Assembly: GCA_963733055.1 (NCBI GenBank) | Contig: CAVTBR010000001.1 | Span: 576,001 to 640,000, forward strand | Reading direction: 5' to 3' | Length of the DNA stretch: 64,000 bases | Source: Candidatus Bathyarchaeota archaeon | Lineage (GTDB): Archaea; Thermoproteota; Bathyarchaeia; 40CM-2-53-6 | Shown here: positions 39,387 to 49,297 of the stretch, piece by piece | Layout of the letters: every line of letters begins with the position of its first letter | Numbering within the stretch: the stretch's first letter is position 1 | Made by a program: the position numbers and the translations under genes | Notes under the pieces: generated by a model | Seen by the model: the letters and a program-made list of their open reading frames with translations, nothing else | The model's database searches: none | Told to the model about the DNA's origin: nothing

Positions 39387-42300
39387 TTATGCGTTCTTAA
39401 TCTCTGACTTTACATGCTCAGGGCGCCGCAATAATGCGGTCTCTGTTTTACTCAATTCGGGCTTGTGTATTAGTAGTTCGTATATCTGACCGAGTTCATC
39501 TGCTTGTTGCTGTTGCGTCCTTGTCTTTACGCTGAGTGCAATCTTCTTCTTCGCAGCGTAATCTTGTTCGTCATCCATTATACGGTAAATCAAATTCAAG
39601 ATCTCCTCGGATTGGTAAGGATACGTCCAACCAGCTCCTTCTGAGCGAACGCGTTCTCCTAACGCAACGAGATCAGGAACAACTGCCGGGACCCCAGCTT
39701 GCCAACTCTCGCTCAATACAAACGAAAAAGTCTCGGGTTGCACCGAGGGAATTAAGACCAAGTCAATTTTGTTCTTGACGAGTTCCTCTGGTAGTGAAGC
39801 GTAGTCTGTATGATTGATGATTTTGCTTACTGAGCTGATCTTTCTCTCAAGGATGTAGAACTCTAGGTCCGCAAATCCCATATTACCGAACAAATGCCAC
39901 TCAATCGATTCTCGTGAGTTATCTCTAATCAAATCTAACAATATTTCTCGACCCTTGAAAGTGGATCTAATTGAGCCTGGTATACCGATTCGAAATAAAC
40001 CTGAACCATACTTGTGCATCTCAGGCGCTTTCATTTCCACGGGGGGAACACCGAGGGGCATTATGCGTGTTTTTTCTTTGGAAATTTTATAGATCTTCAA
40101 GTAATACGACATGGCGGAGTTTGTCGCGCACGTTATTATGTCGACTTTAGATAGAATCTGGGCGCACCGTGTTCGCCACCGAGCTTGGAACTCTCGTGGG
40201 AAATCGAATTGCTTTTTGAGACAATTGTCGCATCTCTGTAGATCTTCGCAAGCGTAACAGAAAGTAATCCCATTCTCCAGTAGCATGTATTGAGGGCAAA
40301 TCAAATAGAAGTCATTCAGGGTCAAGAGGACCGGTATACCACTGGCTTTGGCGATGAGTGGGAATGACAGTGGAAAATTGCGCAAGTGTTGTATGTGTAC
40401 TAAGTCGATTTTGAATTTCTCACAAATCTGCTCAAAAATCTGCTCATCTTGAGTGCTGTCTAACTTGTCCGTCGTATCTGGGCAAACTCTTGGGAACTCG
40501 TATCTTGAAGTTGTCACGGGCGAGTATTCTAAGAGTACTATGCGATCACGCTCAGGATAAATCAAGTAGAATATGTATGAGTCGCTTAGCTGCTCGATCA
40601 TTCCGTAAGCGTGTTTCTCTGTGCCCCCCGGATATCCTCGTCCGTTGTGCAACGTCACGAGGATTTTTCGTCGAGTATTATAATAGTGTCGAAGCAGGGC
40701 GCTATTGATTTTGCTTCGTATGTCCCTGATCGGGTCCTCGGATACGAATCCTCGAACAATGTCGGAGAATTCAGGATGCCTGTCCTCCACGATTTTCTGA
40801 TGCGCCTCTTGGAGGTCTTTTGTCCCCTCACGGAAACTTGCCGATCCTTTATGATAGACGAATGTTGCATCGTCGAGTACCGCTATGTATCCGCGCGCAA
40901 GAGCTCGCATACAGAAGTCATTTTCTTCCTCGTATCCTGGGGAGAAGCATTCGTCAAAAAACCCAACTTTCCGTATCACGCTTCTTTTTATGTACATGCA
41001 GAATCCAGGGCTAGTAGGGAGTGGAGGATACTCGCAGGTGGACACCACCTCCACTAGTTCTCCAAGAGAGTCTACGGTGAAATCTGGCGGCACCGGATTG
41101 TTCTCGAAAACTTTGGGAATTGAACAGACCGTTGCATTGTTCGTGAATGGTGACACCGTTCCTATATTTTCGTTTGTATACGCACACTTACGTAGTTTCG
41201 ATAACCAATTCTTGGTAACGATGGTGTCGCTGTTCAATAGCACGATGTCATTGGTGGTTAACGCCATGCCTTTGTTTGCAGACCGGACAAAACCGAGGAT
41301 CGTGGGGTTTCTGATAACCGTAGCCTTTCCTAACTGTTCAATCTCATGCAAATACTCCAGCAAACGTGCGTCTCGACTCTGATCGTCGATTATGATGAGG
41401 CGATAGTTTACGGTGTTCCTGAAGATACTCTCGCAGCACTCCGTGACTTCTTCATAAGCATCGTGAACGGGCACTATCAAGTCCACTTGACCTTTCGGCG
41501 GTTGAAGACCTACGCTGTGAGAGCGGATTGAATTGGTTCGTTTTCTCCACGCAGCGTAACGTAAGCGACTCGACGCTGCCTCGTCATGAGGTTCGGCTGT
41601 TCGAAATAGTGTAGAGGTCAGTTTCTCGAGGAGCTTTCTCCTTCTTGAATCGAGTGGAAAGTGGTCTTGAATCACCTTTCGATAGCGTTGGATCGCTCTC
41701 CATCCAGGACTTCCTAATATCGAGTACAGATCTGTGGTCAACTTCGCTATCTGTTCGTTTTTAGAGTCTAGGACAATAGCGAGTTGGGTTAACTCGTTTC
41801 TCATCAATGATTTCGATTCAGGTGCAGGTTTCTCTCTCAGACGGTCGCGCATGTCTATGAGCGCTTCTTGCATACGGTTAACTCGGTAATGCCATGCGTC
41901 AGGCGCGATTGTTGTCTTCGAGCGTACATCCTTGGGGTCGCTTGACGAAGTTTTCCCTTTGACGATTATGGCAAGACCGTTGCAGTTCTTGTGCTCTATG
42001 TAATCGGAGGACTTGTGCGCGTCCAAGAATTCCCAGATTGCTTTGTTCTGCTCAGGATAGGAGACGGTGTCATGCAAGGCGATGAAGCCGCCGTCCACAA
42101 CTTTATCCCCCCATGCCTCGAGTTCCTTCCTAGTCTGCTCGTACGAGTGACTTGTGTCGATCATCAATACGTCGATCTCGTCGTTGTACTCGCGAGCAAA
42201 CTCAAGGTCGTCTTTAACGGCAAGTGTCCAGTACTGGCCCAAACCGAGCCTCTGCGTGATTAGAGCAGAAGTTTCTGCCAAGTAATCTAGAGTTGGTCCT

Positions 42301-42551
42301 TCACGTGGGTATTCGGCTCCCCTCCCGTGATCAACGCTGGTGACATGCCCTTCCGTCTCAGCGGCGCCAATGACGAGCGCGCAAGTCGAGTTACCTCCTC
42401 TCGTGCCCAACTCAACGATTTTCTGAGCGTTGGTCTCGGCCACCAAGCTGTACAGAAGCTCTAAGTGCTCGTTGATGTCGCTCGGAGTCTGTGCCTTTCC
42501 GCGTAGGTACGAGAGAAGCTCATTACGACTTTTCATCTGTTCCCCGCACAC
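39387..42551 (-). CDS. Methyltransferase - coiled coil - GT2 - GT4 multidomain polymerase/terminator-like protein
   Basis: IVELGTRGGNST..IDTSHSY..LHD; helical linker with SPGWR; LLNSDT and GYEEENDFCMR (GT2); GGTEKH, DFYLICP and PETFSFVLSE (GT4). Confidence 0.88.
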   Translation of the reverse strand: MCGEQMKSRNELLSYLRGKAQTPSDINEHLELLYSLVAETNAQKIVELGTRGGNSTCALVIGAAETEGHVTSVDHGRGAEYPREGPTLDYLAETSALITQRLGLGQYWTLAVKDDLEFAREYNDEIDVLMIDTSHSYEQTRKELEAWGDKVVDGGFIALHDTVSYPEQNKAIWEFLDAHKSSDYIEHKNCNGLAIIVKGKTSSSDPKDVRSKTTIAPDAWHYRVNRMQEALIDMRDRLREKPAPESKSLMRNELTQLAIVLDSKNEQIAKLTTDLYSILGSPGWRAIQRYRKVIQDHFPLDSRRRKLLEKLTSTLFRTAEPHDEAASSRLRYAAWRKRTNSIRSHSVGLQPPKGQVDLIVPVHDAYEEVTECCESIFRNTVNYRLIIIDDQSRDARLLEYLHEIEQLGKATVIRNPTILGFVRSANKGMALTTNDIVLLNSDTIVTKNWLSKLRKCAYTNENIGTVSPFTNNATVCSIPKVFENNPVPPDFTVDSLGELVEVVSTCEYPPLPTSPGFCMYIKRSVIRKVGFFDECFSPGYEEENDFCMRALARGYIAVLDDATFVYHKGSASFREGTKDLQEAHQKIVEDRHPEFSDIVRGFVSEDPIRDIRSKINSALLRHYYNTRRKILVTLHNGRGYPGGTEKHAYGMIEQLSDSYIFYLIYPERDRIVLLEYSPVTTSRYEFPRVCPDTTDKLDSTQDEQIFEQICEKFKIDLVHIQHLRNFPLSFPLIAKASGIPVLLTLNDFYLICPQYMLLENGITFCYACEDLQRCDNCLKKQFDFPREFQARWRTRCAQILSKVDIITCATNSAMSYYLKIYKISKEKTRIMPLGVPPVEMKAPEMHKYGSGLFRIGIPGSIRSTFKGREILLDLIRDNSRESIEWHLFGNMGFADLEFYILERKISSVSKIINHTDYASLPEELVKNKIDLVLIPSVQPETFSFVLSESWQAGVPAVVPDLVALGERVRSEGAGWTYPYQSEEILNLIYRIMDDEQDYAAKKKIALSVKTRTQQQQADELGQIYELLIHKPELSKTETALLRRPEHVKSEIKNA

Positions 42552-42864
42552 AACTCTCGAATGAATTGAAAATTATCACGGACTCGAAATCAACGCCGAT
42601 AAAGGGCGGTTTTGACATAAGGTAGCTGCCGTGACCTAGTCCTGCTCCCATGTCGAGCACGGTCTTACCCTCTATAAATGATACCGATACGCTTTAAACA
42701 AAACCCTAGTACTTTGTAATCGGAACCCTCCAAGAGAACCACCTATCAGGAATGACTAGTGTACGCATCTCGATGAAGGGTAGTGGACGACCGTACTCTA
42801 GTAGTAGAACAAATCGTCGCGCTCTTGATGCCGCTAGACTACTAGCATCCACTCTACCGCGCAC

Positions 42865-43801
42865 TCAAATCTCTATTATCGAGTAAGCGATGTTGAAGTG
42901 CGATCCGGTTCCTCCGGCGTTGACTGCGTGACCCAAATCAAACCAATACTGCGTCCCAACCGTCAATCCGCGGTATGGTAACTGGAAAAATGGCGGTTGG
43001 GTTGTAGCCGCTGCCCCTATACGGCAGAACCAGAACACCCCCTGAGGGAAGGCTTGCACCAAAACTCGGCGCCGTCCCCGTCCCATACCAAACTGCCGCA
43101 AACGTACCGAACACAGGATTATTACTGAACAAGTCAACGGCGGCGACAACGAGAACATTCCCCGTCAATGTGGGAGTAAAATGAATCGCCAGCCCATCCG
43201 CCTCCATGGCTGATCCCGAAGTGTTCATGGTATTTGTGAAGCTAGATGGATTGCTTGGATTCGCATACGTTGCGTTGGGTGAGCTTTGTCCAACTTGTGC
43301 TGCGAGCATTGCTCCGCCTGCATTCATCGAAGCCACTGTCCCCGTCCCATTCTTCCACTGCTGCAAATTCGCAGTCTGACTCGCTGCACCCTGCGCCACG
43401 ATTGGTATGGCGCCTGGGTCACTCACGAAACCGGATAGGGCAGTCGCACCCGAACTCGACGCCGTTCCCTGCACACCCGTACCGGTGGTAGCGGTTCCGA
43501 GAACGCCCGTGCCAGCGGTGCAATCGCCCTGAAGTCCAGCTGAACTACCCGTATTCACGGCGTGGAAAGCTGCCGGAGCGCCAGAAGCAGTAAGCAAAGT
43601 AGTAGCGGTACCAGTATTGCTGGTGCCAATGACTATGTTATCTCCGTCGGCAGCTTTGACCGGAGGAAGAATATTCTTCCCGGGTAATCGATCAAGGAGT
43701 AACCCTGCAACGCCAGCCGACGCTGTTAAAGTGAGGATCTTGCGGAGGAAACCTCTGCGGTTGTTGCTATCGGATTCTTTCATCTTAGATGAATCCTTCA
43801 A
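42865..43801 (-). CDS. Tat-exported Gly/Thr-rich fibre-like protein; apparent frameshift at ~42970
   Basis: NNRRGFLRK Tat motif and GTGVxG repeats. The C-terminal GLTVGTQYWFDL domain continues in ORF 42865..43158. Confidence 0.6.
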
Positions 43802-44063
43802 CTTTCCCTCCGTTCTTCATCCTGAAATCTCAGTCCAACACTTTCCCGTTCAAACATTCCACATGCCCGACTCAGGTTAGCAGGTTCAGCACAATAATTC
43901 CGAAACTAGGATGCGTTGACCATGGCCGTAGCCTTACTCGGTAAATATTGAAGCGCCCCCATGTACCGTCATTAGGTAAACCTTGAACTCTCGACCGAAT
44001 CTTAGGTTAATTGAGAAGTTCTTGGTTAGAGCTGCCAACCTCGTCAATGCGAAACCGAAACTA

Positions 44064-45263
44064 TCAATGCGATCTGAAATCATCAGCCTTGATCAGGGTT
44101 CTCAGCCGGCTAGTCAGCCCCGGTGATCCTTTCGATTTCCTTCGAAGTTGCTCCAATTCATGTAAGTTGGCGAAGAGTATTGGACGATCACTGTCACTGT
44201 AAACACCCTCCTTTGATTGCGCAACGCTGGTGCCCCAAGCGGCCAATTTCGAAATATCGCCTGAACCAACGTCCGGGAAGGCGGTTTGCAAATCTGATCT
44301 GCACAAGTACAAATACAGCAGTAATGAGGTTGCGGGGTTCAACTCGTACCTGCTCAGAGTAATCGAGTCAAGACCTGTAATCCGCTTGTATGATTCTCCG
44401 AAGAGGCTTTTGAATGACTCATGAAAACCATTCAATTTAGCCAACATCTCGCTTGAGACTTTGTTCCCTTCAAGTTTCAATAGGAGCCTTGCATAATTCA
44501 ACAAGTGTGTAGAGCGAGTTCCCACGAATTCATCACGAAGCCTATCATTTGCTGGAGTTTGGAGTCTAGGATTTTTCCACTGCTTCCTAGCGTAGAGGAG
44601 AAGATTTGATTGGTACCTAATCGAGCGTGCCTGATCGAAGTAGTAACAACCGAGGCAAATGTCCAGATAGTGAAAATCTGTGATTTCACGGAGGCGAAGG
44701 AAAAAGTCTGTGTCCTCGTAACCTAGTTCAACGAAAGCTGGATCGAATCCGCCAGCCTTGATCATCAACTCTTTCCGTCCCAAAGCAGAACCGGGAGCTA
44801 TGGCGAACCGAACCAGCATATCCTCCCAAGAAGGTGAATATCGCCGGCTGGAAGCGAGTGTTGTAGAACCTAGTTTTTCCCCATTCCTGCTGACCATTTC
44901 AAGGTTGCCGAACGTTAAGCCGACCGAAGGATACTTGTCTAGGATTTCCAGTTGAAGTTGAAGCTTCTCTGGGATCCAAGTGTCATCGGAGTCTAGAAGT
45001 GCAATGTATTCGCCCCTGGCTGCATTCAAGCCAGTGTTGCGGGCAATCGATACTCCATTGTGCTTTTGCTGTACAAGTTGAATCCTACCCCCATAACCAC
45101 GTAACAATTCCAAGGTGGAATCTGTTGACCCATCATCGACGACGAGAATTTCGCGTTCTGCGTATGTCTGGTTCAGGGCACTGTCAATGGCGCGGCAGAT
45201 GGTCTCCTGTCCATTGTAAACAGGGATGATCACGCTTACTTGCGGAGGCCTTGTTTCAGGCAT
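44064..45263 (-). CDS. GT2 glycosyltransferase with C-terminal RSDLQxAFP module
   Basis: VSVIIPVYNG, DDGSTD, LLDSDD and YED motifs. Probable ATG at 45263 overlaps the upstream paralog's stop. Confidence 0.88.
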   Translation of the reverse strand: MPETRPPQVSVIIPVYNGQETICRAIDSALNQTYAEREILVVDDGSTDSTLELLRGYGGRIQLVQQKHNGVSIARNTGLNAARGEYIALLDSDDTWIPEKLQLQLEILDKYPSVGLTFGNLEMVSRNGEKLGSTTLASSRRYSPSWEDMLVRFAIAPGSALGRKELMIKAGGFDPAFVELGYEDTDFFLRLREITDFHYLDICLGCYYFDQARSIRYQSNLLLYARKQWKNPRLQTPANDRLRDEFVGTRSTHLLNYARLLLKLEGNKVSSEMLAKLNGFHESFKSLFGESYKRITGLDSITLSRYELNPATSLLLYLYLCRSDLQTAFPDVGSGDISKLAAWGTSVAQSKEGVYSDSDRPILFANLHELEQLRRKSKGSPGLTSRLRTLIKADDFRSH

Positions 45264-46392
45264 TTCGCGCACCTCTAAGGCGTTCCAAATCGGCACTGTA
45301 GCCTAGAAGTATCGGTCGGTCACTATCATTACGAATGCCTCTTGCAACACTGAACCCCCAATCCACTAATCTCGAGAGATCGCCTGAGCCTACTTCCGGG
45401 TACGCGGCTTGCAAATCCGATCGGCATAGATACAAATAGAGGAGCATCGAAATCGCGGTATTCGATTCATATCTACTCAGATCGATCGGGTCAAAGGGTG
45501 CAACTTGTTTGTATGAATCTCCGAAAATGTCTTTGAAAGCCTCGTGGTAGCCGTTTACCTGCTCCAACATTTCCCTAGAGACCTTGTCACCGTTGGCTCG
45601 TACTGACAGCCTCATTACCCATCTCATTTCCTCGTTGCATCTCTTCATGAATTCAACGCGCAAGTGGCCATCTGCGTCGCGTCGGAGCCTAGGATGATTC
45701 CAGTATTTCCTAGCATACGGGAAAAGATTCGTTATGTGCCGTAGTCCATGCGCTTGGTCGTAAGAGTAGTATGCTAGGCATAGGTCTAGGTAATGGAAGT
45801 CCGTTATTTCACGGAGCCGAAGGGAAAAGTCGCGATCTTCGTAGCCGTGTGAAGTGAACAGCTCCGCGTCGAAACCACCTATTTTGAGTATCATGTCCTT
45901 TCGAGCAAGCACTGTTGAGGGTGGAACGATAGTTCCCTTTAGCAGAATGTCTTCCCAAGAAGGGGCATATCGCATATACGACGGCACTGTTGTGAATCCT
46001 AGTTTCTCCCCCTGCTTGTTGACAACTTCTAGGTTGCCGAACGTTAAACCGACCGAAGGATGCTTCCGGAGGATTGCTACCTGAATTGCTAGTTTTTCTT
46101 GAACCCAAGAATCGTCCGCGTCGAGAAAAGCTAAATATTCTCCACGAGCAAGCCTGATTCCGTGGTTACGCGCACTTGCGAGACTACTTTTCTCTCGTTC
46201 AGCTAACCGAATCTTGGAGCCATACTGACGTAACAATTTGTTGGTTGAGTCGGTGGACCCATCATCTACGACGATAACTTCAAGCTCACGGTAACTCTGC
46301 GCTAAGACGCTATCTACTGCGCGGCAGATAGTCTCCTCTCCGTTGAAAACCGGAATGATTACGCTGACTAGTGGGGAGTTGGGTTCAGGCAT
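45256..46392 (-). CDS. GT2 glycosyltransferase with C-terminal RSDLQxAYP module (tandem paralog of 44064..45263)
   Basis: VSVIIPVFNG, FLDADD and YED motifs; colinear similarity with its neighbour over the full length. Confidence 0.88.
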   Translation of the reverse strand: MPEPNSPLVSVIIPVFNGEETICRAVDSVLAQSYRELEVIVVDDGSTDSTNKLLRQYGSKIRLAEREKSSLASARNHGIRLARGEYLAFLDADDSWVQEKLAIQVAILRKHPSVGLTFGNLEVVNKQGEKLGFTTVPSYMRYAPSWEDILLKGTIVPPSTVLARKDMILKIGGFDAELFTSHGYEDRDFSLRLREITDFHYLDLCLAYYSYDQAHGLRHITNLFPYARKYWNHPRLRRDADGHLRVEFMKRCNEEMRWVMRLSVRANGDKVSREMLEQVNGYHEAFKDIFGDSYKQVAPFDPIDLSRYESNTAISMLLYLYLCRSDLQAAYPEVGSGDLSRLVDWGFSVARGIRNDSDRPILLGYSADLERLRGARNA

Positions 46393-46396
46393 TACA

Positions 46397-46482
46397 GGAT
46401 CCAGGTGTCAATGTGACTCAGCAGGTGATCATTTCGTCTGTGAATACCATTGGATTGATTTTCGTATACCCAACTCAATCCC
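46397..46482. repeat. 86-bp direct repeat, copy 1
   Basis: Aligns without gaps to 47051-47136 with 7 mismatches by my count. Confidence 0.93.
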
Positions 46483-46494
46483 CGATATGGCGGC

Positions 46495-46770
46495 CTACTT
46501 CATTGTCGTTTCGTAAACAGAGATTTCACGCTTCGCTTTGTCAACCACGAAACCGATTCGGTATCTACCTATCCTTATCCGCCAAGCATCATCCCTTCCA
46601 CCCAGTTTCTCTAAATCCCAGTCTAGGAATGGAAAGTTAGCGAGGTCGTTAACGGCACGAATTACCTCCTGTTTCCTACCGGATTCCGGGATTGAGTCTA
46701 TGAATTTCTCTGCTTTACGGTATACGGTCACTTTGTATCTTGGAGAGGTGCTTCTTGTTGAATTCTTCAA
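46495..46770 (-). CDS. RelE/ParE-family toxin
   Basis: YKV..RKAEKFI..; EKLGGRDDAWRIRIGRYRIGFVVD motif; 91 aa and basic. Confidence 0.85.
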   Translation of the reverse strand: MKNSTRSTSPRYKVTVYRKAEKFIDSIPESGRKQEVIRAVNDLANFPFLDWDLEKLGGRDDAWRIRIGRYRIGFVVDKAKREISVYETTMK

Positions 46771-46773
46771 GAC

Positions 46774-46983
46774 TCATCGATTCACCCTTTTGCGCATTCG
46801 GTCGAGTGCACTGTCGATCTCAGCCAACTCCTCTTTACTAAGTTCGACTTTGTCGGCTCTCTTTTTGAGAAGTTCCTCTTCCAACAGTTCGGTGTATTCG
46901 ATTAGCCTGTAAATGGCTTGGATGGCCTCGCGTGAAGCCTCGTATACTGGTTTCACTACCTCTTCTAAGACCATATCACTCAT
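46774..46983 (-). CDS. Putative antitoxin (acidic, ~69 aa)
   Basis: Directly upstream of the toxin; ELSKEELAEIDSAL motif common in archaeal antitoxins. Probable start ATG 46983. Confidence 0.65.
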   Translation of the reverse strand: MSDMVLEEVVKPVYEASREAIQAIYRLIEYTELLEEELLKKRADKVELSKEELAEIDSALDRMRKRVNR

Positions 46984-47050
46984 TCGCGGATGGCATGTGG
47001 GTAAAATTCGCCTATAGGTTTTATGCAATTAACCCAACCTGCCGAGTCCC

Positions 47051-47136
47051 GGATCCAGCTGTCAATGTGACTCAGCAGGTGATCATTTCGTCTGTGCGTA
47101 CCATTGGACCGATTTCCGTAAACCCAACTCAATCCC
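47051..47136. repeat. 86-bp direct repeat, copy 2
   Basis: Matches 46397-46482; the copies are 654 nt apart. Confidence 0.93.
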
Positions 47137-47186
47137 GGTCTTAGGCTTGTAGCCCATCTTACGTTTCGCTTTCGCAATATTGGTCC

Positions 47187-48023
47187 TCACTTTCTCCCAA
47201 TGGCTCTTCGTATTGTTTTTCCAAAAGGAACCCGTCGGCCAATTTTCAAACTTAGGCTGTCATTCAGTTTCTGGGTTTGGGCGGTCAGTGTTTCCACTTG
47301 TCGGTTTAGCATATCGATTTGATTCTCAAGTGAGTGGATTGTGTTCTGGAGGTGCGATTCTCTCGCGGGCTGGAAGGAAAATCGTTCTGAAGAAGCGTAA
47401 AGGTGTACGATGAAGGTTTCTTCGGCTTCGTTTGGTGGAGCTCGGGATTGCTCCTGGTAGGGGAAGATGGGGTAGAAATATTCTTGAGGTAAGGCTCGAG
47501 TGGTTAGGTTGAACTTCTTGAGGTATTGCGTAAACAGCGGAACCCATAATTCACCGGGGCGCCACTCTGCGGGGTCCAACTCGACGCATTCCCTGTACAG
47601 CTGATCCAGCATCTCATTGCCTTTCGGAAACTTGAGTACGGCGTTGTTCACTTTGGTGGGAGTCTCCCAGGCGAACACGTAGTCGAGGCCGAATAGCGGG
47701 GTTAGGGGCTTGATGAGAACACAATCCGCATCAAAGTACCACCCCCCCTTCGCATAAAGTAACTTATACCGAAACAGGGTGCTCACCGCCGAAAATCCGG
47801 CCCCTCCGAAAGCCGCCCTCCAGCGCTCCGCGACATCTCGTGGAAGAAATTCACCTGCGTCGTGGCAGACGACGCCGGGAATCTGGGGGTTAAGGTTACG
47901 ATCATACGAATAGAGGTGAACTGTAACTCCGGGAAATCTAGTAAACGACCTCAAGCCAAAATCTGCAATCCAATTCAATGACCCCTCGTACCAGAAGAAC
48001 TGAAACTCGTTGGGATTCGCCAT
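47187..48023 (-). CDS. DXD-motif glycosyltransferase (GT32-like) with C-terminal coiled coil
   Basis: STLFRYKLLYAKGGWYFDADC, NNAVL, FYPI and VHLY motifs; heptad-pattern tail. Confidence 0.82.
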   Translation of the reverse strand: MANPNEFQFFWYEGSLNWIADFGLRSFTRFPGVTVHLYSYDRNLNPQIPGVVCHDAGEFLPRDVAERWRAAFGGAGFSAVSTLFRYKLLYAKGGWYFDADCVLIKPLTPLFGLDYVFAWETPTKVNNAVLKFPKGNEMLDQLYRECVELDPAEWRPGELWVPLFTQYLKKFNLTTRALPQEYFYPIFPYQEQSRAPPNEAEETFIVHLYASSERFSFQPARESHLQNTIHSLENQIDMLNRQVETLTAQTQKLNDSLSLKIGRRVPFGKTIRRAIGRK

Positions 48024-48190
48024 GCGGCAAAGTGGGGGAGGTGCGGTAAATATCTATGTCCGTCCAGTTCACCGAATTTCGGTTTCCCGACACCCCTAAA
48101 GGGGTACGGAATAACTCGACTAGCTCACGAAACGTAGACGTGGCGGTACGGTAGGCCGTTAGAATCAAAAGTCTCTTATCGCGACGTGAA

Positions 48191-49132
48191 GTGCCACGCC
48201 TGTCCAAGGATTTGCGTGATGGTTGCTTTATGCATGTTACGGTTCTGATTCCTGTTTACAATCGTGAACGTTTCATCGAAGATGCTCTTGACTCCGTGGT
48301 TGCTCAGGATTACCATGACTGGGATATTGTAGTTGTTGACGACGGTTCGACTGATCGAACGGTGGAAGTTGTCAAATCCAGAATGTCAGATGATCGAATC
48401 ACACTAATTGAGATGAAGCATGGAGGTTGCGCCGCAGCTAATGCAAGGGGTCTTGAATATGCCCGCGGTCCCGTAATAACGAGTTTAGGCAGTGACGATA
48501 AGCTTATGCCTGATTCGCTTTCGAGTGTAGTGCCGTTATTCGAAAATAATCCACGTCTTGGTTATGTTTGGACGAACTTCGTTTATTCGACCGGTGATCA
48601 GGGTGTGAGTGATTTTCTTCCTCACGAGAAGACATTTCTTGAGGCATTGATCTCAGGGTGGTGGAGAGCGAGCTGCCAGCATTTTTTCAGAAAAGAAATT
48701 TACTCACAGTCTGAAGGATTAGATACCTCGATAGAATATGCAGTAGATTTCCAGCTTGCTTTTCTTATCGGAAAAACCGGTTGCGATACGATGCACATAC
48801 CTAAGGTGACCTATTGGGTTAGAATACATTCTCATAGAATTAGCAATGAGCATCATGCTGAGCAATTGGAAGCTTACCTTTTGTTGAGACGAAAGTTTCG
48901 CAGCGAAAACATGGACCTTACGGAGCAATACATTACCGAATTGGAAAAGCAGATCGGAGAGGGTAGAGAGCAAATCAAAGAGTTGAAAAGCAATTACGCA
49001 GAGCAAATCAAGGAGTTGGAAAATGGTCGCTCGGAGCAAATCAAGCAATACGAAAACAGTTACGCTTTACGCTTAGCGCGAAGACTACCCTTCGGAGCCC
49101 AAATCCGAAAGCTACTTACCTCGAACAAATGA
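48191..49132 (+). CDS. GT2 glycosyltransferase with C-terminal coiled coil
   Basis: VLIPVYNRE, DDGSTD and GSDD motifs; likely start at MHVTV. Confidence 0.85.
   Translation: MPRLSKDLRDGCFMHVTVLIPVYNRERFIEDALDSVVAQDYHDWDIVVVDDGSTDRTVEVVKSRMSDDRITLIEMKHGGCAAANARGLEYARGPVITSLGSDDKLMPDSLSSVVPLFENNPRLGYVWTNFVYSTGDQGVSDFLPHEKTFLEALISGWWRASCQHFFRKEIYSQSEGLDTSIEYAVDFQLAFLIGKTGCDTMHIPKVTYWVRIHSHRISNEHHAEQLEAYLLLRRKFRSENMDLTEQYITELEKQIGEGREQIKELKSNYAEQIKELENGRSEQIKQYENSYALRLARRLPFGAQIRKLLTSNK
48968..49057 (+). repeat. Three 33-nt-period coding repeats (EQIK hendecads)
   Basis: gagcaaatcaa occurs at 48968, 49001 and 49034. Confidence 0.85.
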
Positions 49133-49297
49133 AACGAGTTGGCCATTCGTCTTGTCGTGTGCGTGCGGCATAGCTGGTGCGCACACAGTTTTCAAACGAT
49201 TAACAACGAAAGGGCAATTTCCGAAGCTCGCACCAACGATACCACACACTTCTCACGGAACGACGACGGTCTGTGTCACGCGAACGACTGCCAAGGA

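Noticed and set aside
46397-47136. 86-bp repeats as a DGR TR/VR pair or IS ends
   Set aside because: Mismatches are not confined to adenines on either strand, the repeats are direct rather than inverted, and no RT or transposase is present.
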